From Pseudomonadota bacterium (GTDB taxonomy: Bacteria > Desulfobacterota > Binatia > Binatales > Binataceae), in the NCBI GenBank assembly GCA_021324855.1, contig JAJPIG010000006.1, positions 32,344 through 96,343 on the forward strand: a stretch of 64,000 nt of DNA, in the 5' to 3' direction. A program made the translations under genes and the position numbers. Positions 38,119 through 48,984 of this stretch are shown here, one piece after another. The number at the start of each line of letters is the position of its first letter. Within the stretch, counting starts at the first letter, position 1. The notes below the pieces were generated by a model. That model made no database searches. It had not been told where the DNA came from and was given only the letters and a program-made list of their open reading frames with translations.

Positions 38119-39120
38119 ATGCGATCGCACTCGCACAACGGCTCGCGCCGCACCCCCGGCAAGCGCGACTTTCTCGACCTGAGCTCGCTCAGCGCGGCCG
38201 AGTTGCAAGGCCTGCTGGGCCTCGGGCTCCGGCTCAAGTCCGAGTTAAAGAGCGGACTCGAGCATCCTTATTTGCGCGGACGCACGCTCGCGATGATCTT
38301 TCAAAAGCCGTCGTTGCGCACTCGCCTCACGTTTGAGACCGGGATGGCGCAACTTGGCGGACACGCCATTTACCTGGCGCCGGGCGATATTGGGATCGGC
38401 GAGCGCGAGTCGGTGAAGGATGTCGCGCGCAACCTGTCGCGCTGGGTCGACCTGATCATGGTGCGCACTTTTGCCCACTCCACCTGCGTCGAGCTCGCCC
38501 GCGAGGCCTCCGTGCCGGTTATCAACGGGCTCACCGATGCGCTTCACCCGTGCCAGCTCGTTGCCGACCTGATGACGTTGATTGAGCACTTCGGCGAAAT
38601 CCGCAAGCTCAAGGTCGCTTTCGTCGGCGACGGCTTCAATCTCGCGAATAGCTGGATCGAGGCCGCGGCGCTCACCGGCCTCGACCTGCGGTTGGCATGT
38701 CCGGCCGGCTACCAGCCCGAAAAAAGCTTCGTCGCGCGGCTGCGGCGCGAAAAGCTCGGCCTGCTGACCGACGATCCGGTCGAGGCGGTGCGTGACGCTG
38801 ATGTGATCTACACCGATACATGGACCTCGATGGGCCAGGAGGCCGAGGCGGAGCGCCGCCGCCGCGACTTTCGGGGTTTCCAGGTAAACCGTGCGCTGGT
38901 CCGTCATGCCGCGCGCGACGCGATCGTGATGCATTGCCTGCCGGCGCATCGCGGCGAGGAGATCACCGACGAACTGCTCGATGGCCCGCAATCGGTGGTA
39001 CTCGAGCAGGCCGAGAATCGGCTCCATGCGCAGAAAGCCGTGATGGTTTGGCTGCTGCGACCGGAGATTCTCGGCAGGCCTGCGGTGCCGGCAAATTCCA
39101 CCAAATCCGCGAGTCGCTGA
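38119..39120 (+). CDS. argF: Ornithine carbamoyltransferase
   Basis: [18 protein letters not shown] and HCLPAHRG motifs. Confidence 0.95.
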   Translation: MRSHSHNGSRRTPGKRDFLDLSSLSAAELQGLLGLGLRLKSELKSGLEHPYLRGRTLAMIFQKPSLRTRLTFETGMAQLGGHAIYLAPGDIGIGERESVKDVARNLSRWVDLIMVRTFAHSTCVELAREASVPVINGLTDALHPCQLVADLMTLIEHFGEIRKLKVAFVGDGFNLANSWIEAAALTGLDLRLACPAGYQPEKSFVARLRREKLGLLTDDPVEAVRDADVIYTDTWTSMGQEAEAERRRRDFRGFQVNRALVRHAARDAIVMHCLPAHRGEEITDELLDGPQSVVLEQAENRLHAQKAVMVWLLRPEILGRPAVPANSTKSASR

Positions 39121-39121
39121 A

Positions 39122-40327
39122 GTGGCTGAAGAGAAAATCGAAAAACTGGTGCTCGCCTACTCGGGCGGGCTCGATACGTCGGTCATTTTGCGATGGCTCC
39201 GCGACTACTACCGATGCGAGGTGGTCGCGTTCTGCGCCGATGTCGGTCAGGCCGAGGAGACCGAGGGCCTCGAAGCGAAGGCGCTTGCGACCGGCGCGAG
39301 CAAGCTCGTCATCGCGGACCTGCGCGAGGAGTTCGCGCGCGATTTCGTTTTTCCGATGATGCGCGCCAATGCGATCTATGAGGGCTACTATCTGCTTGGC
39401 ACTTCGATCGCGCGCCCGGTGATCGCCAAAGGCCAAGTCGCCGCTGCGCTCGCCGAGGGCGCCGACGCGGTCGCGCATGGCGCTACAGGCAAGGGCAATG
39501 ACCAGGTGCGGCTCGAGCTCGCCTATGCGCGTCTCGCCCCCCAGCTCAAAGTCATTGCGCCCTGGCGTCATCCGGAGTGGCCGTTCAAGGGCCGCGCCGA
39601 CATGATCGCTTACGCCGCCGAGAAGCGAATCCCGGTGCCGGTCACTGCCGAGAAGCCCTATTCGATGGATCGCAACCTCGTGCACGTGAGTTACGAGGGC
39701 GGCATTCTCGAAGACCCCTGGCGCGAACCATACAACGACATGTTCCGGATGACCGTGGCGCCCGAAGAGGCGCCCGATCGTCCTGAGTACGTCGAGGTGG
39801 CGTTCGAGGCTGGCAACCCGGTTGCAATTAACGGTGAGCGACTGTCGCCGGCGCGGCTAATCGCGCGCGCCAACGAAATCGGCGGACGGCACGGCGTAGG
39901 GCGGGTGGACCTGGTCGAGAACCGCTATGTAGGAATGAAGTCGCGCGGCGTTTACGAGAGCCCCGGCATCACGATCCTTATGCATGCTCATCGCGCGGTC
40001 GAACAGCTCGCGCTCGATCGAGAAACGATGCATTTGCGCGACTCGCTCGTAACACGCTATGCCGAGATGGTCTACTACGGCTACTGGTTCGCTCCCGAAC
40101 GCGAAGCGCTGCAGGCGCTGATCGATGCGGCACAGATGAACGTCGTCGGCACGGCGCGGCTGAAGCTCTACAAGGGCGGCGTCTGGATCGCGGGGCGCAG
40201 GTCGCCGGCTTCGCTATACGATCCGCAAATCGCGAGTTTCGAGGAGGCGGGAGGTTACCGCCAGGGTGATGCCGAGGGATTCATCCGACTTGCCGCACTG
40301 CGTTTGCGTGCGCGTCGGCGTGATTAA
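39122..40327 (+). CDS. argG: Argininosuccinate synthase
   Basis: [22 protein letters not shown] and VENR..GMKSRG motifs. Confidence 0.97.
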   Translation: MAEEKIEKLVLAYSGGLDTSVILRWLRDYYRCEVVAFCADVGQAEETEGLEAKALATGASKLVIADLREEFARDFVFPMMRANAIYEGYYLLGTSIARPVIAKGQVAAALAEGADAVAHGATGKGNDQVRLELAYARLAPQLKVIAPWRHPEWPFKGRADMIAYAAEKRIPVPVTAEKPYSMDRNLVHVSYEGGILEDPWREPYNDMFRMTVAPEEAPDRPEYVEVAFEAGNPVAINGERLSPARLIARANEIGGRHGVGRVDLVENRYVGMKSRGVYESPGITILMHAHRAVEQLALDRETMHLRDSLVTRYAEMVYYGYWFAPEREALQALIDAAQMNVVGTARLKLYKGGVWIAGRRSPASLYDPQIASFEEAGGYRQGDAEGFIRLAALRLRARRRD

Positions 40328-40365
40328 GGGGCTGCGCGCCGGTGGCGGAAGGGAACTGACGCATC

Positions 40366-40539
40366 TTGGGCAAGGTCATCCCGTTCAAGGCGCGGCGGCC
40401 CTCACCGAAGCTCGTGCCTCGCACGAAGGCCGCGGAGTGTCCCAAATGCGGTCACAGGATGGACGTGCACGTTACGCATCCGAACGGCTCGATGACGTGC
40501 GCGGCGCGCGGCTGTCCCTGCTACACGCCGCCGCGATGA
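40366..40539 (+). CDS. Small Cys/His-rich putative zinc-binding protein (57 aa), absent from the ORF track
   Basis: Manual translation MGKVIPFKARRPSPKLVPRTKAAECPKCGHRMDVHVTHPNGSMTCAARGCPCYTPPR; TTG start after purine-rich GGAAGGGA; fills the argG-argH gap. Confidence 0.65.
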   Translation: MGKVIPFKARRPSPKLVPRTKAAECPKCGHRMDVHVTHPNGSMTCAARGCPCYTPPR

Positions 40540-40590
40540 GCCTCCACTTGCTCTACGGAATGGTTTCGGTCAAGTTCAAGCGCTTTCCTC

Positions 40591-42009
40591 GTGGATAATC
40601 CTCAGACGACTCGGGGCGGGCCGGACGCGCGCAAAAGCGCCGCCACGCGCAATTTGATCCGTTCCCGTTTTGCGGGCGGGCGGCTGCCCGAGGTCGAGAA
40701 CTTTACCGCCTCGCTGCCGTTCGATCGGCGGCTCTATCGGCACGACATTCGCGGCTCGATCGCGCACGCGCGGATGCTGGCCAGGGTGGGCCTGCTGACG
40801 CGGGGCGAGGAACGCAGGATCGTAGCGGGACTCGGCGCGATCGAGCGCGAGATCGCCGATGGCCGCTTTCATTTCGATGTTGCGGATGAGGACATTCATC
40901 TCGCGATCGAGCGGCGCTTGATCGCCAGGATTGGCGACGCCGGCCGCAAGCTGCACACTGCGCGATCGCGCAACGACCAGGTCGCGCTCGATCTGCGGCT
41001 TTTTTTGCGCGACGAACTCCGCGAAGTCATTGCGGTGCTGGGCCGCCTGCGCGGCGCGCTCACGGCGCTCGCGCGGCGGCATCTGAACACCGTGATGCCC
41101 GGTTATACCCATCTGCAGCGGGCGCAGCCGGTTTCGCTGGCCCATCATCTGCTCGCCTATGTTGAGATGTTCGAGCGGGATCGCGAAAGATTTGAACAGG
41201 CGCTGGAGCGCACCGACGTGATGCCGCTCGGAGCCGGCGCGCTGGCGGCCACCACGCTCCCGATTGACCGGCGCGCCGTCGCCCGCGCGCTTGGCTTTCG
41301 ACGCATCAGCGAAAACAGCATCGATGCGGTCTCGGATCGCGATTTCGTGCTGGATTTCCTTTCGGCATCCGCGATCGCGGCGATGCATCTGTCGCGGATG
41401 GCCGAGGAGATCATCCTGTGGTCGTCGGCTGAATTCGGGTTCATCGAATTGCCCGATGCGTTTGCCACTGGCAGCTCGATGATGCCGCAGAAAAAGAATC
41501 CCGACCTGCTCGAGCTGATTCGCGGGCGTAGTGGCCGCGTCGCCGGCGACCTGCTCGCGATGCTGGTGGTGATGAAGGGGCTGCCGCTCGCGTACAATTC
41601 CGACTTGCAGGAGGACAAGGAACGCGTCTTCGATGCGCTCGATACAATCAGGCCCGCGCTCGACCTGATGGCCAGGCTATGGCCGCGAATCCAGTTCCGT
41701 ACGGACGCGATGCGCGCAGCCGCGGGCGGTTTCACGCTCGCCACCGACCTCGCCGAATATCTCGTGCGCCGCGGCGTGCCATTTCGCGAAGCGCACGGGA
41801 TCATCGGGCGGATGGTGCGCGAGGTCGCGGCAAGCGGCCGATCGCTTGAGCAACTTGGAGCCGAAGAGTTAAGGCGTTACTCGCCGCGCTTCGGCCGTGA
41901 TGCAATAAAGATCCTCTCAGTGGACCATTCGCTTGCCGCGCGCACCGTGATTGGCGGACCGGCGCCGCGTACAGTGCGGCGGCGAATCGAAGAACTCGAA
42001 CGCAAATGA
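40591..42009 (+). CDS. argH: Argininosuccinate lyase
   Basis: LHTARSRNDQ, PGYTHLQRAQP and TGSSMMPQKKNPD motifs. Confidence 0.97.
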   Translation: MDNPQTTRGGPDARKSAATRNLIRSRFAGGRLPEVENFTASLPFDRRLYRHDIRGSIAHARMLARVGLLTRGEERRIVAGLGAIEREIADGRFHFDVADEDIHLAIERRLIARIGDAGRKLHTARSRNDQVALDLRLFLRDELREVIAVLGRLRGALTALARRHLNTVMPGYTHLQRAQPVSLAHHLLAYVEMFERDRERFEQALERTDVMPLGAGALAATTLPIDRRAVARALGFRRISENSIDAVSDRDFVLDFLSASAIAAMHLSRMAEEIILWSSAEFGFIELPDAFATGSSMMPQKKNPDLLELIRGRSGRVAGDLLAMLVVMKGLPLAYNSDLQEDKERVFDALDTIRPALDLMARLWPRIQFRTDAMRAAAGGFTLATDLAEYLVRRGVPFREAHGIIGRMVREVAASGRSLEQLGAEELRRYSPRFGRDAIKILSVDHSLAARTVIGGPAPRTVRRRIEELERK

Positions 42010-42560
42010 AAGCCCGAATTAATTCGACATTTTTTCTCGTTGCGTTATTTTTGCTTGCCGCGATCGCTCCGGGATGCGGTGTAAAAAGCGAGCCGATTCC
42101 ACCCGAAGCGGCGCGGCCGCAGCAAATCCTCGACCTCGAGGCGATTCCCGAACGGCGCGGAATCCAGTTGAGCTGGAGCCGCCCGGAGCAATACGCGAAC
42201 GGCCAATCGATGCACGATCTCGGAGGATTTACGATCATGCGCGCCGAAGGGCCGGATCAGTATCAACCAATCGTGGAGGTGCCGATCACCGATCAGGGGC
42301 GGTTCCAAGTCGCCAGCCGCTTCACCTACACCGATAACACTGCCGTACCGAATCATTATTACCGGTATGAGGTGGTGTCGCACACCAGCGACGGCTACAA
42401 GAGCCTGCCCTCGAATGAAGCGTCGCTGCAATACATCCGCCCGCAGCCGGTAATTCCGCCCGCGCCCGCCAGTGCGGCGGAATCGGCGAATCCCGCGCCG
42501 TCTGCGCCAATCGCTCATCTTCACGCTGCACCGCCACCGCCGTTGCCGCCCGTTCCATAG
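42006..42560 (+). CDS. Lipoprotein with FN3-like domain and Pro-rich tail
   Basis: Lipobox APGC followed by GVKSEPIPP; LSWSRP...YTD...YYRYEV FN3 pattern; sits between argH and lysA. Confidence 0.75.
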   Translation: MKARINSTFFLVALFLLAAIAPGCGVKSEPIPPEAARPQQILDLEAIPERRGIQLSWSRPEQYANGQSMHDLGGFTIMRAEGPDQYQPIVEVPITDQGRFQVASRFTYTDNTAVPNHYYRYEVVSHTSDGYKSLPSNEASLQYIRPQPVIPPAPASAAESANPAPSAPIAHLHAAPPPPLPPVP

Positions 42561-42644
42561 CGATTTTTGCCCGCATTAACGGCTGTGATATGAATCACTG
42601 TCAATCAGGCTGCCGTCATGCGGCAGGCCTGATTTCCTAACTCG

Positions 42645-43913
42645 ATGAACTACTTCGAATATCGCAATCGCGTTCTCCATGCCGAAGACGTACCGGTGAG
42701 CGAAATCGCCGCCCGTTTCGGCACCCCGGTTTACATTTACAGCGCGCGTACCCTGCGCCGTCATTTCCGCGTGATGCGCGAGGCGTTCGGCGGCGCCGAC
42801 CTGCTCATCTGCTATGCGATGAAGGCGCTCTCGAACCTGAGCATCCTGCAACTGTTTGCGAAGATGGGCTCCGGATTCGATATCGTGTCCGGCGGCGAGC
42901 TGATGCGGTGTCTTAAGGCCGGCGCCGATCCGAAGACGATCGTTTTTTCGGGCGTGGGCAAGACCGACGATGAAATCACGGCGGCGCTCAAGACCGGCAT
43001 CCTGATGATTAACGTCGAATCGCGCCCCGAGCTGCACCGCATCGCAGAGATCGCGGCGCGCCTGAAGCTCCGCGCGCCGGTCAGCCTGCGGGTCAACCCT
43101 GATCTCGATCCGCACACGCATCCGCACATCTCCACCGGCCATCGCACGAGCAAGTTCGGCGTGCCCCTGTCAGAGATCTTCGATTACTACGCGGATGCGC
43201 GGACGCTGAGCAGCCTTGAGGTCATCGGTCTCAGCACGCACATCGGGTCACAGATAACGGAGCTCGAACCCTTTACTGAAGCGACCGGCAAGATCGCCGG
43301 AATCGTCGAAGGGCTGCGCGCGGACGGCCTAGCGCTGCGTTACCTCGATATGGGAGGCGGCCTCGGCATTCCGTACCAGGAGGAATCGCCACCGCCCTCC
43401 GAGTACGCGGCGGCGCTGCTGAAACGGCTCGGCGGACTGGGGCTCAAGTTGATCATCGAGCCCGGCCGGATGATGGTCGGCAACGCAGGCATCCTGGTGA
43501 CGCGCGTCCTCTACATCAAGGACACCGACGTCAAGCGCTTTGTCGTGATCGACGGCGCGATGAACGATTTGCTCCGCCCGGTGCTCTACGAGGCTTACCA
43601 CGAAATTCGGCCCGTGGATGCGCGTGCATCGCGTCCATCGGTGACCGCCGATATCGTCGGCCCGGTCTGCGAAAGCGGCGATTTCTTTGCGCAAGCGCGC
43701 GAGATCCCGGAGCCGCATCCGGGGGACCTGCTGGCCGTAATGAGCGCGGGGGCGTATGGTTTCGTGATGGCCTCGAACTACAACAGCCGGCCGCGGGCCG
43801 CCGAGCTGCTGGTCGACGGCCGCCAGGTCCACCTTATTCGACATCGAGAGACCTTCGAGGATCTGGTCCGTGGCGAGCCGCTCGTCGATGTACCGGCCGA
43901 TGGCAACGCTTGA
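42645..43913 (+). CDS. lysA: Diaminopimelate decarboxylase
   Basis: YAMKA (PLP Lys), HIGSQ, EPGR, GPVCESGD and GAYG...SNYN motifs. Confidence 0.96.
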   Translation: MNYFEYRNRVLHAEDVPVSEIAARFGTPVYIYSARTLRRHFRVMREAFGGADLLICYAMKALSNLSILQLFAKMGSGFDIVSGGELMRCLKAGADPKTIVFSGVGKTDDEITAALKTGILMINVESRPELHRIAEIAARLKLRAPVSLRVNPDLDPHTHPHISTGHRTSKFGVPLSEIFDYYADARTLSSLEVIGLSTHIGSQITELEPFTEATGKIAGIVEGLRADGLALRYLDMGGGLGIPYQEESPPPSEYAAALLKRLGGLGLKLIIEPGRMMVGNAGILVTRVLYIKDTDVKRFVVIDGAMNDLLRPVLYEAYHEIRPVDARASRPSVTADIVGPVCESGDFFAQAREIPEPHPGDLLAVMSAGAYGFVMASNYNSRPRAAELLVDGRQVHLIRHRETFEDLVRGEPLVDVPADGNA

Positions 43914-44796
43914 ATTCGTAAAGATGCACGGCTGCGGCAACGACTACATCTATGTCGTCGCCGACCGCATGCGTCCCGCCGATCCCGCGGCGCTCGCCCG
44001 TCGGGTCTCTGACCGCCGCTTCGGAGTCGGCGGCGACGGGCTGATCATGCTGACACCGTCGCGGCGTGCCGACATCGCGATGGAGATGTACAATGCCGAC
44101 GGCAGCCGCGGCGAGATGTGCGGCAACGGCATCCGATGTCTCGCGCGCCTTGCCTGGGAGCGGCGGCTCGTCGCGAAAAATCCACTCGCGATCGAGACCG
44201 ACGCAGGGGTGAAGCACGTTGCGCTCAAGCTCGATCCCTCGGGTCGCGTCCTTGAGGCAACCGTCGACATGGGTGAGCCGATCCTCGAGGGCCGCGAGAT
44301 TCCGGCGGCTGCCGATGGACCAATCATCGACTATCCGCTGCAGGCGGCCGATCGAACCGAAAAAATCACTGCGGTCTCGATGGGTAATCCGCATTGTGTG
44401 ATTTTCGTCGCCGATGACGCGGTATTTAAGCTGAGCGACCACGACTTCGCCGAGCTCGGCGGCAAATTCGAGAAACATCCGTTCTTTCCGCGCCGCGTTA
44501 ACACCGAGTTCGTCCTGCCGCTGACCCGCGATCGCCTCCGGATGAGAGTTTTCGAGCGCGGTTCGGGCGAGACGCTCGCCTGTGGGACGGGCGCCTGTGC
44601 GGCCGTCGTCGCGGCGGCGCTGACCGGCCGGGCGGCCCGGCGTGCTACAGTGGAGCTTCGCGGGGGCAATCTCGCGATCGAGTGGCGCGAAGGGGGCGAG
44701 CACAACAATCACGTGTTCATGACGGGCGAGGCGGTTGAAGTGTTTCGAGGCGAAATCGAAGTGGATGCCGGCGAGCTGGTGGCGTCTGCGGGCTAA
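43900..44796 (+). CDS. dapF: Diaminopimelate epimerase
   Basis: KMHGCGNDY, EMCGNG and ERGSGETLACGTG motifs. Confidence 0.97.
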   Translation: MATLEFVKMHGCGNDYIYVVADRMRPADPAALARRVSDRRFGVGGDGLIMLTPSRRADIAMEMYNADGSRGEMCGNGIRCLARLAWERRLVAKNPLAIETDAGVKHVALKLDPSGRVLEATVDMGEPILEGREIPAAADGPIIDYPLQAADRTEKITAVSMGNPHCVIFVADDAVFKLSDHDFAELGGKFEKHPFFPRRVNTEFVLPLTRDRLRMRVFERGSGETLACGTGACAAVVAAALTGRAARRATVELRGGNLAIEWREGGEHNNHVFMTGEAVEVFRGEIEVDAGELVASAG

Positions 44797-44811
44797 GCGG
44801 AGGTAACGGTG

Positions 44812-45684
44812 ATGTTCAGTGGTGCGTTATCGGCAATCGTGACCCCGTTTCGTGATGGCGCAATCGACGAAGCGGCCCTGCGCGAGCTGATCGAATGGCA
44901 GATCCAGAGCGGCATAGACGGCATCGTCGCCTGCGGCTCGACCGGCGAATCCGCCACGATGAGCCACGCCGAACACGAGCGGGTAATTAAGCTCACCGTC
45001 GATGCCGCCCGCAAGCGCATCCCGATCCTCGCCGGCACCGGCTCCAATTCGACGGCCGAGGCGCTCAGGCTGACGAGCTTCGCGCGCGAGGTCGGCGCCG
45101 ATGGCGCGCTCATGATCTCGCCCTACTACAACAAGCCCACCCAGGAAGGAATCTACAAGCACTTCAAAACCATCGCGACGACGGTCGATCTTCCGATCAT
45201 CGTCTACAACATCCCGAGCCGCACCGGCTCCAACATTCTGCCCGAAACTTTCGCCCGGATGTGCGACGTGAAGAACATCGTCTGCATTAAGGAGGCGAGC
45301 GGGTCGATCGATCAGATCTCGGACATTCGCCGGCTGTGCGGCGATCGGCTAACGATCCTAGCCGGGGACGATTCGTTCACGCTGCCGGACATGGCGCTCG
45401 GCGGCAAAGGCGTGATCTCGGTGATCAGCAACGTGATGCCGCGCGAGACGCACGAACTGGTGGCGGCGGCGCTGGCCGGCGATTTCGCGCGCGCCCGCGA
45501 CATTCATTTCCGGCTCCTGCCGCTGATGCGCGCGCTGTTCATCGAGACCAATCCGATTCCGGTCAAGATGGCGCTTGCGCTGATGGGCAAGTGCAGCCCG
45601 GAGATGCGGATGCCGCTGTTGCAACTGACCGGCGGCGCGACCGAGAAGCTGCGCTCCGTGATGAAGGAACTGCGCCTGATCTGA
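44812..45684 (+). CDS. dapA: 4-hydroxy-tetrahydrodipicolinate synthase
   Basis: GSTGES, PYYNKP, YNIPSRT, IKEASG and ETNPIPVK motifs. Confidence 0.96.
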   Translation: MFSGALSAIVTPFRDGAIDEAALRELIEWQIQSGIDGIVACGSTGESATMSHAEHERVIKLTVDAARKRIPILAGTGSNSTAEALRLTSFAREVGADGALMISPYYNKPTQEGIYKHFKTIATTVDLPIIVYNIPSRTGSNILPETFARMCDVKNIVCIKEASGSIDQISDIRRLCGDRLTILAGDDSFTLPDMALGGKGVISVISNVMPRETHELVAAALAGDFARARDIHFRLLPLMRALFIETNPIPVKMALALMGKCSPEMRMPLLQLTGGATEKLRSVMKELRLI

Positions 45685-45698
45685 CCGTCCGCGTTGAT

Positions 45699-46784
45699 TC
45701 AGAAAGTCAGGACGGTGCGCGCCACCTCGCCCGCCTTCATCGCGCGGAACGCCTCGTTCACATCCTCGAGCGCGCCGCGCTTAGTGATCATGTCATCGAG
45801 GTTGAGCCGTCCCTGCATGTAGAGATCGATGTAGCGGGGCATATCGACCCGGAAGCGATTCGATCCCATGTTGCAGCCCTGCAACCGGCGCTCGCCCCAG
45901 AAGAGCGAAAAGCCGTCGACCTCGACCTTCTGACCGATCGGGATCATCCCGACGATGGTTGCGACGCCGCCGGGTGCGAGCGCCTCGAAGGCCTGTTCAG
46001 CTACCGCCTTGAGCCCGATTGCCTCGAACGAGTACTGCACGCCGCCGCGCACGATCCCTCGGATCGCGCCGACCGGGTCACCCTGGGAAGCGTCGACCGC
46101 ATGCGTCGCGCCGAGCCGCTTCGCCAGGGCGAGCTTGGATTCGTGCATATCGACGGCGATGATGACGCGCGCGCCCGCCAGCCGCGCTCCCTGGATCGCA
46201 GCGAGGCCGACGCCGCCCGCGCCGAACACCGCCACCGTCGAGCCGGCCTCGATCTTCGCGGTGTTCAGCACTGCGCCGAGCCCCGTGGTCACGCCGCAGC
46301 CGATGAGCGCGGCGCGATCGAGCGGCATCGCCTCCGGAATCTTCACCAGCGCGTTTTCATGCACCAGGATTTTCTCGGCATAGCCGGAGATTTCGAGGAA
46401 CTGGAAGACCGGCTTGCCGCCGGCTAAAAGCCTCGGTTTTGCGGCAGGCGGACGCTGCGTGGCGCTGCGGTTGTAGCATCGATTTGGATGGCCGGTAAGG
46501 CACTGCTCGCAGTAACCGCAGAAGACCGACAGGCAGGCGATCACGTGATCGCCCGGCTTGAGATATGTAACGCCGGGCCCGACCTGCTCGACGACGCCGG
46601 CGGCTTCATGACCGAGCACGGCGGGCGTCGGATGCGGGTAGAGCCCGTCGACAAAATGCAGATCGCTATGACAGACACCGCACGCAGCGGTCTTCACCAG
46701 CACTTCGCGGTCCTGCGGCGCATCGATCTCGACTTCCTCGATCGACAGCGGCTGGTTGGGTCCGCGGAACATCGCTGCCCTCAT
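45699..46784 (-). CDS. Zn-dependent alcohol dehydrogenase (class III-like)
   Basis: GVCHSDLH and LGHE motifs; structural CGYCEQC...C; GAGGVG. Confidence 0.92.
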   Translation of the reverse strand: MRAAMFRGPNQPLSIEEVEIDAPQDREVLVKTAACGVCHSDLHFVDGLYPHPTPAVLGHEAAGVVEQVGPGVTYLKPGDHVIACLSVFCGYCEQCLTGHPNRCYNRSATQRPPAAKPRLLAGGKPVFQFLEISGYAEKILVHENALVKIPEAMPLDRAALIGCGVTTGLGAVLNTAKIEAGSTVAVFGAGGVGLAAIQGARLAGARVIIAVDMHESKLALAKRLGATHAVDASQGDPVGAIRGIVRGGVQYSFEAIGLKAVAEQAFEALAPGGVATIVGMIPIGQKVEVDGFSLFWGERRLQGCNMGSNRFRVDMPRYIDLYMQGRLNLDDMITKRGALEDVNEAFRAMKAGEVARTVLTF

Positions 46785-46860
46785 CGGCTGCTCCTGTAAC
46801 TTGTCGTGCGCGCGTTGCACTCCCGCGCATGTTCGTCGCCGTCGCTCGTCAATCCGCGGA

Positions 46861-47694
46861 CTACTTGCGGCCGGCTATACAGATGGTTTCGTTGCGCAGA
46901 CGCAGGACGCCGCCCTCGGTAAAGGCGCGCGCCTCGCCGATGACCGCATCGACCACGCGCTTGCGCGTCGCCGCGTCGAGCTGGTCCATCATCATGCGGT
47001 AGGGCGTGGCGACGTCATAGCGGAACTGCGCGAAATCCTCGGGCGACTTGAACTCATACGTGATGTTCATTGGTTCGATCACGATGTCGCTGAAGCCTGC
47101 GTCCTTGAACGAGCGCTCCAACGCCATGCGATCGCTCAGCCGGCACGGATCGGGACTGCCGGGCGGCGGCGGAGGCAAATTAGCGATCTTGCGCGCGCTC
47201 TCGCTGGCAAGGCTTATCATAGGGACCTTGTCGGGCGTGCTCCAGACGGCGGCTGCGAGCCGCCCACCGTCGACCAGAAGTCCGCGCATTCGGCGCAGAG
47301 CTCCGGTCAAGTCAGGGATGAACATAAGGCCCCATCGGCACACGATGGCGTTAAAGTCGCGCTCAGGGATGTCGATGGTTTCGGCATCCAGATGACGGAA
47401 CTCGATGTTCTTAAGCCCGAGCTGCACTGCTCGCTTACGCGCCGCCTCGATCATCCCGGACGAACGATCGACCGCGAGCACCTTGCCGCTGGGACCGACC
47501 TTGCGCGCGGCGGTCACGGCGGGCTCGCCGATTCCGGTCGCGATATCGAGCACGCGCGATCCGGGCTGAACGCCGGCCAGCTCGATCAGACGGTCACTCA
47601 CAACCTGTGCGGCGCGCTCGAACGTCTGCCACCATTTCGTCCATCCCGCAGCGGCCTCATCCCAATTGCGGCTCAAATCAACTGCTTCAGGCAT
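46861..47694 (-). CDS. Class I SAM-dependent methyltransferase (UbiE-like)
   Basis: VLDIATGIGEP and CRWGLMF motifs. Confidence 0.88.
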   Translation of the reverse strand: MPEAVDLSRNWDEAAAGWTKWWQTFERAAQVVSDRLIELAGVQPGSRVLDIATGIGEPAVTAARKVGPSGKVLAVDRSSGMIEAARKRAVQLGLKNIEFRHLDAETIDIPERDFNAIVCRWGLMFIPDLTGALRRMRGLLVDGGRLAAAVWSTPDKVPMISLASESARKIANLPPPPPGSPDPCRLSDRMALERSFKDAGFSDIVIEPMNITYEFKSPEDFAQFRYDVATPYRMMMDQLDAATRKRVVDAVIGEARAFTEGGVLRLRNETICIAGRK

Positions 47695-47698
47695 CGGA

Positions 47699-47968
47699 CT
47701 AAATTCCTTTCTTCAATTCGGGCGCCGGCCGAAAGCCGATGGTGCGGATGGCCGGGATAGTCATCGGGGTCCGGGTGCGGGGATTGAAGCCGGGCCGCGC
47801 CCGATGGCGGCGCACGGAAAAGGTACCGAACCCGGGAACCCAGAATCGTTTGTCCTTGCGAATCGCCCGCGCGATCAGATCGAAAGCCGAATCGATCGTG
47901 ATGGCGACTTTCGCCTTAGGTTGGCGCGTCGTCCGCGCCACTGCCTCAATCAGATCCGCCTTAGTCAT
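47699..47968 (-). CDS. HU family DNA-binding protein
   Basis: MTKADLI, GFGTF, NPRT and IPA...FRP motifs; GGAGG RBS. Confidence 0.93.
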   Translation of the reverse strand: MTKADLIEAVARTTRQPKAKVAITIDSAFDLIARAIRKDKRFWVPGFGTFSVRRHRARPGFNPRTRTPMTIPAIRTIGFRPAPELKKGI

Positions 47969-48042
47969 GGCGGCCCCTCCCAATGGTCCCTTCCGTACAG
48001 CGGGTGTATCACGAACGCAAGCGATCTATGAAGCCGCGAATC

Positions 48043-48984
48043 TCAGGCGAAATGGCGATCGAACTCACGCCAGACCAGGCCCCAACGTACACCCTGATCA
48101 CTGACCGTCACGGCTTCAGCATCGAAACGCGCCATCACGCGTTCCAGGATGGTCGTGCCGGCGAAGATTACGTCGACGCGGCCCGAGACGAGACCGGGAA
48201 GTCTGCTGCGTTCCGAATGCGCGAGCTTGCCGAACAGCTCCAGCGTGCGTCCGACCTCATCGCGCGAGAGGCGATAACCGTGAACGAGGTCCGGAGCGTA
48301 GGTCGAGAGCTTCAGCGCCACCGCGCATACGGTTGTGACCGTGCCGGCAATTCCAACCAAAACGTTGGGACGGTAGTTCCAGCCCAGCGAATCGATCGCG
48401 CTGTCAATCGTCGTGCGCAATGCCATCACTTCGGCGGGCGCCGGCGGATCGTGACGAATGTGCCGCTCGGTCATCCGCACCGATCCAATCTGAAGGCTTA
48501 CGGTCTCCAGCGGGCGGCCCGGCTCGGCGCGGATGAACTCGGTGGACCCGCCGCCGATGTCGATGATCAGCAGACGCGCCGCGGGATTGATTCGCAGTCC
48601 GCGAATGACGGCGAGATGCGAAAGTTCGGCCTCCGTCTGACCGCTGATGACGTCGAGCGCAACTCCGGCGTCGCTGCGAACCCGTGCGAGGAACGCCTCG
48701 CCATCGGCTGCATCGCGAACCGCGGCGGTCGCGGCCCCGATTATCCGGGTGGCTCCGAGTTCGCGCGCGCGTCGCGAGAACTCGACTATCGCATTCAGGG
48801 TGTCGCGCGCCGATTCGGGATCGAGATGTCCCGTGCTGTCGACGCCGCGGCCAAGCCGCGTGATACGCGACAGATCCACGATCGGCACAAGTGATCCATC
48901 CGCACGGCGCTCGACCACCAGCATCAGGACTGTGTTCGAACCCACATCGAACGCGGCGAGCCGCTGATCTTTCTGAGACGACAT
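48043..48984 (-). CDS. ppx: Ppx/GppA family phosphatase
   Basis: DVGSNT, ITRLG and DIGGGSTE motifs. Confidence 0.9.
   Translation of the reverse strand: MSSQKDQRLAAFDVGSNTVLMLVVERRADGSLVPIVDLSRITRLGRGVDSTGHLDPESARDTLNAIVEFSRRARELGATRIIGAATAAVRDAADGEAFLARVRSDAGVALDVISGQTEAELSHLAVIRGLRINPAARLLIIDIGGGSTEFIRAEPGRPLETVSLQIGSVRMTERHIRHDPPAPAEVMALRTTIDSAIDSLGWNYRPNVLVGIAGTVTTVCAVALKLSTYAPDLVHGYRLSRDEVGRTLELFGKLAHSERSRLPGLVSGRVDVIFAGTTILERVMARFDAEAVTVSDQGVRWGLVWREFDRHFA

Noticed and set aside
38119-39120. SLRT motif suggesting an N-acetyl- or N-succinylornithine transcarbamylase
   Set aside because: The ornithine-binding DxxxSMG and HCLP motifs of ordinary OTC are intact
40266-40598. 110-aa ORF bridging argG and argH
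   Set aside because: It overlaps both genes and has no motif; the 57-aa Cys/His frame fits the gap better
45699-46784. ADH as a glutathione-dependent formaldehyde dehydrogenase serving the amine dehydrogenase
   Set aside because: It lacks the GVCHTD/DPEG pattern typical of FrmA and lies 37 kb away; the substrate cannot be assigned from sequence
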